The notes beneath the pieces were generated by a model that was not told where the DNA came from, did no database searches, and saw only the letters and a list, made by a program, of their open reading frames with translations. A program made the translations under genes and the position numbers. From the IMG/VR virus record IMGVR_UViG_3300043568_001465: a DNA stretch of 64,000 nt. The stretch is one strand, 5' to 3'. This document shows, piece by piece, positions 59,672 through 64,000 of this stretch (positions are counted from its first letter, which is position 1; each line of letters opens with the position of its first letter). Source of the stretch: an uncultured virus (IMG/VR IMGVR_UViG_3300043568_001465) (taxonomy: Duplodnaviria; Heunggongvirae; Uroviricota; Caudoviricetes).

Positions 59672-61350
59672 TGAGTTATATAATTGGGATATCGGCATAC
59701 TATCACGATTCTTCAGCTTGTTTGTTGAAGGATGGCGAATTGTTGTTTGCATGTGAAGAAGAAAAATTCACAGGTATAAAACATGATAGTTCATTCCCAA
59801 ATAAAACCATTGAATACATCTTTAAAAAGTATAATTTAACTAAAAAAGATATTGAGGCGGTATGTTATTATGAAGATTTAGATTTAAAAGTACAAAGAGT
59901 TATTAATAATTCAAAAAAAGTTTTCCTTAAGACACCAATATATTCTATTAAGAGTGTATATAATGTTTTAAAGAACAAAAAAGATGTTAAGAAGAATTTA
60001 GCAAAAATATCTGATAAAGTTTTCTACTCTAAACATCACGACTCACATACATACTATTCATTTTATACATCACCATTTAATGACGCTGTTGTTTTATCGG
60101 TTGATGGTGTTGGTGAAAGTGAAACAATACAAATTGCCACAATCTATAATAATAAGTTATATCAAATACCACACACAGAATACCCAAACTCATTAGGGTT
60201 ATTTTATTCTGCTATGACATCTTTCTTAGGGTTTAAACCCAATGAAGGTGAATATAAAGTAATGGGTTTGGCATCTTATGGAAACCCTAAAAAATATAGA
60301 CAAAAAATAGATTCATTAATTTCATACAAACAAGGGTTTTTAACTTGCAATATGGATTGTTTTGTTTGGGATAGAAGTGACAAGGTTATGTTCAACCATA
60401 ATCTATCAAAAAAATTAGGGATTGAAAATAGATTACCAGATGAAAAACTAACAGTACAACATCACGATTTAGCGGCCGCGGTTCAAGAAACCTACGAGGT
60501 TATTTTAAGTAAAATACTAGAAGAGATATCAATATTAACTAACACTAGAAATTTATGTCTTAGCGGTGGCTGTGCTTACAACGGATCAGCAAATGGAAAG
60601 TTAACAAATAACGGTTGGTTTAAAAATTTATGGATACCTCCAGCACCATCTGATGCAGGATCGGCTATTGGTGCGTGTTTAAATTATCTGGACACTAATA
60701 ATAAACTAACAAAAAAGATTGACACAACACCGTTCTTAGGCCCAGAATACACTAATGAGGAATACTTGTCGGTTATCGATGAAGAAATAGTGAGATACAG
60801 TGAAATAAGTAGAGAAAAACTATTAAAATTAATTTCTACCGAATTATATAATGGCAAAGTTGTTGGATGGTTCCAAGGTAAAATTGAATTTGGTTCTAGA
60901 GCATTGGGTAACAGGTCGATACTAGCAAATCCAATGATAATTGGTATGCAAAAGAAGATTAATCGTGTTATAAAGAAGCGAGAACTTTTTAGACCATTTG
61001 CACCTATGGTGACAAAAGAAAATCAAACAAAATATTTTCTATATGACAAGGATGTGCCATATATGAATCAAGTTGTTAAGGTTAAAAAGGAATACGTTGG
61101 TAAGTTAATAGCAACAACTCACGTTGACGATACAGCTAGAATTCAAACAGTTACAAGTGAAAATAACGTATATGACTTATTAATTGAATTTGAAAAGATT
61201 AGTGGTGTATCAGTATTATTGAACACATCGTTTAACGTTAAAGATAAAACAATGGTATTAACGCCACAAGATGCTATGGATACATTTTTAGACACGGAAA
61301 TGGATATCTTAGTATTAGGTAATAACGTAATTTATAAAAAAACAATATGA
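59671..61350 (+). CDS. O-carbamoyltransferase (NodU/CmcH family)
   Basis: YYHDSSA, EEE.F.GIKH, HH.SH, VDGVGE, SLG.FY, EYKVMGLA.YG, GG.A.N, EFG.RALGNRSILA, FRPFAP, THVD.TAR.QTV, NTSFN. Confidence 0.92.
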   Translation: MSYIIGISAYYHDSSACLLKDGELLFACEEEKFTGIKHDSSFPNKTIEYIFKKYNLTKKDIEAVCYYEDLDLKVQRVINNSKKVFLKTPIYSIKSVYNVLKNKKDVKKNLAKISDKVFYSKHHDSHTYYSFYTSPFNDAVVLSVDGVGESETIQIATIYNNKLYQIPHTEYPNSLGLFYSAMTSFLGFKPNEGEYKVMGLASYGNPKKYRQKIDSLISYKQGFLTCNMDCFVWDRSDKVMFNHNLSKKLGIENRLPDEKLTVQHHDLAAAVQETYEVILSKILEEISILTNTRNLCLSGGCAYNGSANGKLTNNGWFKNLWIPPAPSDAGSAIGACLNYLDTNNKLTKKIDTTPFLGPEYTNEEYLSVIDEEIVRYSEISREKLLKLISTELYNGKVVGWFQGKIEFGSRALGNRSILANPMIIGMQKKINRVIKKRELFRPFAPMVTKENQTKYFLYDKDVPYMNQVVKVKKEYVGKLIATTHVDDTARIQTVTSENNVYDLLIEFEKISGVSVLLNTSFNVKDKTMVLTPQDAMDTFLDTEMDILVLGNNVIYKKTI

Positions 61351-61463
61351 AAAAATTAATTAAATGGTTCTTAGATAAGATTGAAAGAATCAAAAGAGAT
61401 CGTAAACTTAAAAAGAAAATTGCTGAGTTAAAGAAGAGAGACCCATTCATTTATAAACACTAA
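61347..61463 (+). CDS. 38 aa basic peptide ending DPFIYKH (SxtK/DUF5989-reminiscent), not in the ORF track
   Basis: MKKLIKWFLDKIERIKRDRKLKKKIAELKKRDPFIYKH; ATGA-coupled to the carbamoyltransferase. Confidence 0.65.
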   Translation: MKKLIKWFLDKIERIKRDRKLKKKIAELKKRDPFIYKH

Positions 61464-61474
61464 AAACATTACAA

Positions 61475-62596
61475 TTGGAAAACAAGGAAATATTAAAAGA
61501 TTACGTTTGCTTAATGCCATTCTTATCCACCGACGTTCAGCAAGCATCACAATTCGTTTGTTGCCCATCTTGGTGCTTTAAAAGTTTAAGAGTAGATGAG
61601 AATGGCGAAGAAGAAGATTGGGCATCTTACTTTGACACTAGCGCAGACGTAATGAGGAACTGGACATCAACGCCAGCACATGACATTAGAAAATCAATGG
61701 TTGATGGTTCATACAGACATTGCAATCATGTAGTATGTCCAAGATTAAATCAATTAATCAATGGTAGTGAGACCACGCCATATATGTTTATGAAGAAGGA
61801 AGAATTTCAAAAAACCTTTAACATATATAATGAGGACGATTTAAAAAAGTTTGACACGCCACCAGAAGAAATATTGTTTGGGTTTGATAGAAGTTGCAAT
61901 CTTAAATGTCCGAGCTGTAGGGTAAACTTAATACCAAATGACAATGTCGAATCTGAGGATTATAAAAATAAATTACATCTACTAAACTCAATCGAGAAGA
62001 ATTTTGCTAGTAATTTAAAAAGAATAATGATAACCGGTAGTGGTGATCCGTTCTATTCTAAAATCTATCGCGATTACTTAATAAATTTTGACAGTAGTAA
62101 GTATCCCAAGTTAGAAGCGTTACAGATTATAACCAATGGTAACCTATTAAATGAAAAAATGTGGAACTCAATGAAAGCAACTCCACACATTAAAATCATT
62201 GAGATTAGTATTGACGCCGGAACTAAAGACACATATGAGAACAAAACAAGGTTAAATGGTAAATGGGATGTGTTAATGGAAAATCTACGTTTTTTAAGTA
62301 CCCAGAATCACATTATTGAGGAATTTGTGTTATCAATGGTGGTTAGTAAACACAATTATAAAGAAATGTATACGTTCTATGAATTGATAACTGACATATT
62401 TAAAAATTCAAATTTTAAATGGGGACTATCAATCAACTACAGACAATTGGTTGACTGGGGCACATTTTCAAAAGAAACGTTAGAAGAATTACAGGTCTTT
62501 AACACAGAACACCCTGAATATCAAGATTTTATGTCTGAATTAAAAAAGATACACAACCAACCGTTTGTTAATCATAATTTCAACCATCTTCTATAG
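61475..62596 (+). CDS. radical SAM protein with N-terminal Cys cluster
   Basis: VCLMPF...CCPSW...C....CP; CNLKCPSC; TGSGDPF; ITNG; ISIDA. Confidence 0.85.
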   Translation: MENKEILKDYVCLMPFLSTDVQQASQFVCCPSWCFKSLRVDENGEEEDWASYFDTSADVMRNWTSTPAHDIRKSMVDGSYRHCNHVVCPRLNQLINGSETTPYMFMKKEEFQKTFNIYNEDDLKKFDTPPEEILFGFDRSCNLKCPSCRVNLIPNDNVESEDYKNKLHLLNSIEKNFASNLKRIMITGSGDPFYSKIYRDYLINFDSSKYPKLEALQIITNGNLLNEKMWNSMKATPHIKIIEISIDAGTKDTYENKTRLNGKWDVLMENLRFLSTQNHIIEEFVLSMVVSKHNYKEMYTFYELITDIFKNSNFKWGLSINYRQLVDWGTFSKETLEELQVFNTEHPEYQDFMSELKKIHNQPFVNHNFNHLL

Positions 62597-62628
62597 GTTT
62601 TTTGACTTTTTTTAGTTATATTAGTAAT

Positions 62629-63063
62629 ATGATATACTGGTTAACAGGCCAACCCGGCGCAGGAAAAACAACCTTAGCAAAATACTTAGTGGAATACTTT
62701 CCGAAAGATGAGGTTACTCACATCGATGGGGATGACTTAAGGGACATCTTTAAAAACAAGGACTATTCCATAACAGGTAGAAGATTAAACATCCAAAGAG
62801 CACAATACATTGCACAATTTATGCATAGTAAGGGACATAATGTTATTGTGTCCTTAGTTTCACCATATAGAGACCAAAGAGAAGAATTTAAATTTAGTAC
62901 ATCGGTTGTCGAGATTTATGTACATACCACAGAAGATAGAGGTAGAAACCAATTCCATGTTGAGGAATATGAACCACCATTAGAAAATTTTATAGACATA
63001 GATACAACAATAAAAAACGAAACAGATTCGTATTTTGAACTATTAAAAAAATTATCATTATGA
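62629..63063 (+). CDS. cysC: adenylylsulfate (APS) kinase
   Basis: IYWLTGQPGAGKTTLA, IDGDDLR, YS..GR..NI, VSLVSPY...R, EIYV, YEPP. Confidence 0.85.
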   Translation: MIYWLTGQPGAGKTTLAKYLVEYFPKDEVTHIDGDDLRDIFKNKDYSITGRRLNIQRAQYIAQFMHSKGHNVIVSLVSPYRDQREEFKFSTSVVEIYVHTTEDRGRNQFHVEEYEPPLENFIDIDTTIKNETDSYFELLKKLSL

Positions 63064-63575
63064 TGACAAATGGTATTATCATTGACAATTTTTTAGACAA
63101 TGTTGATGAAATAAGAGAGGAAGCGTTGTTATTAGATTATACTAAATCATTACCTGAAAGTGAAGGTTGGAAAGGGTTTAGGTGTTTAAATGGAAACATG
63201 TTGACACTTGATTTACATGAAAAGATTAAAGAAAAGTTAGTTGAAACTAATATAAAATTTGATAATTGTGATATGAGGTGTTTTTTTCATTATACATTGG
63301 AAGAACATAATGTAGGTAAAAAAAACACACATCGTGATTATGGTTTTGATTATGCTGGGGTTTTATACCTAGCACCAAACCCACAAAAAAATTCAGGTAC
63401 GTCTTTTTATAATGATTTAGGTGAAGAAACCGGTTACTTGGAAAACGTTTATAATAGATTAGTAATTTATCCAGCGAATGAGTTACACTCTTTAAAAGAA
63501 TCTTTTGGTAACGATATTAATAATGGTAGATTAACTTTCACGTTTTTTTGTAAATTAAAAAATAACAATATATGA
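63060..63575 (+). CDS. 2OG-Fe(II) oxygenase-like protein (DUF6445-like)
   Basis: IIDNF, HRD...YAGVLYL.P, SGT.FY, N.YNRLV.Y....LHS, GRL..TFF. Confidence 0.7.
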   Translation: MMTNGIIIDNFLDNVDEIREEALLLDYTKSLPESEGWKGFRCLNGNMLTLDLHEKIKEKLVETNIKFDNCDMRCFFHYTLEEHNVGKKNTHRDYGFDYAGVLYLAPNPQKNSGTSFYNDLGEETGYLENVYNRLVIYPANELHSLKESFGNDINNGRLTFTFFCKLKNNNI

Positions 63576-63952
63576 GTAAGAAATATGCAATGTACATCGG
63601 TAGGTGGCAAAATTGGCATAAAGGTCACGAATGGTTGATCCGTCAACAAATGGACCAAGGTAAGAACATATGGGTAGCTATTAGGGATGTTGAAGTTGAC
63701 GAGAACAACCCTAAAACAGCTCAAGAGGTTTTTCAAATGTTAATCCAGGAGCCCTTTTTTAACGAGAATTTTGATAAGATTTTACTATCAATTATCCCAG
63801 ATATCGAATCGGTTAATTACGGTAGAGGTGTTGGTTACGATGTAATTTATCATGAGCCACCGGCGGATGTTGCGGTAATAAGTGGAACTGCGATTAGAAC
63901 TGGACATATGACCGCTGATGGTTCAATAAAATATGACCAAACAAAAGGATAA
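63572..63952 (+). CDS. HxGH nucleotidyltransferase (cytidylyltransferase-like), 126 aa
   Basis: IGRWQNWHKGH, PDIESVNYGR.VGY, ISGTAIR. Confidence 0.75.
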   Translation: MSKKYAMYIGRWQNWHKGHEWLIRQQMDQGKNIWVAIRDVEVDENNPKTAQEVFQMLIQEPFFNENFDKILLSIIPDIESVNYGRGVGYDVIYHEPPADVAVISGTAIRTGHMTADGSIKYDQTKG

Positions 63953-64000
63953 TGATTGTAGAACGTAAACGACATATTGCGAAAACAATATCCTATCGCA
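63952..64000 (+). CDS. DUF2061-like small protein, 3'-truncated by the window edge
   Basis: MIVERKRHIAKTISYR resembles the R.I.K.ISYR start of DUF2061; only 16 codons visible. Confidence 0.5.
   Translation, partial: MIVERKRHIAKTISYR

Noticed and set aside
2002..63736. Short (60-140 aa) ORFs nested antisense or out of frame within larger genes
   Set aside because: Fully overlapped by well-supported genes, with no recognisable motifs.
1..64000. Stop-codon reassignment as in some large phages
   Set aside because: Conserved genes are full length in the standard code; TAG and TGA occur at natural gene ends (e.g. 14120, 7579).
1..64000. Bacterial chromosome O-antigen locus or eukaryotic giant virus
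   Set aside because: Tail-fibre block, phage-type primase/SbcCD/RuvC, sigma and NusG, and no glycan export genes point to a bacteriophage.
1..64000. tRNA, rRNA, introns, inteins, transposases
   Set aside because: Intergenic gaps are short with no cloverleaf seen; no intein, homing endonuclease or transposase motifs recognised by eye.

Overview
AT-rich, densely coding 64 kb segment of a large (probably jumbo) tailed dsDNA phage genome, read in the standard bacterial code. Several independent signals point to a Bacteroidetes host: a Bacteroidetes-type sigma-70, TAnnTTTG-like promoter boxes, an Hc1/histone-H1-like protein, a DUF6576-like tail, and a signal peptide followed by Gln. Layout: (1) 1-5 kb, Pro/Thr-rich structural genes. 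(2) 5-14 kb, replication/recombination genes (RuvC-like, primase, PD-(D/E)XK nuclease, SbcD, SbcC, DEDDh exonuclease) and ClpP. (3) 14-29 kb, membrane/lysis-like genes, sigma factor, amidase-like gene, probable internal head proteins, NusG, AAA ATPase, thioredoxin and glutaredoxin. (4) 29-43.4 kb, tail-fibre/adhesin block with (Gly-Ser-Ser/Thr)n tracts, three C1q-like and three LamG-like proteins. (5) 43.4-64 kb, a co-oriented island of more than 20 kb for glycan synthesis and decoration. It holds two GT7 enzymes whose catalytic domain is split by a lectin domain, GT2 and GT10-like proteins, a split minimal TPP enzyme with a double SDR lacking the catalytic Tyr, three radical SAM enzymes, two 2OG-Fe(II) oxygenases, a methyltransferase, a carbamoyltransferase with an SxtK-like peptide, APS kinase and a mini HxGH nucleotidyltransferase. 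The strongest candidate for an undescribed system is this island acting as a virion glycosylation pathway on the adjacent Ser/Thr-rich fibres. Non-coding highlights: two promoter classes that both appear to give leaderless mRNAs, a gene whose predicted transcript ends base-pair with each other, a triple hairpin leader with repeated ACAU/AUAU loops, and a candidate sRNA of about 78 nt. All family calls come from motif recognition by eye; no searches were run.
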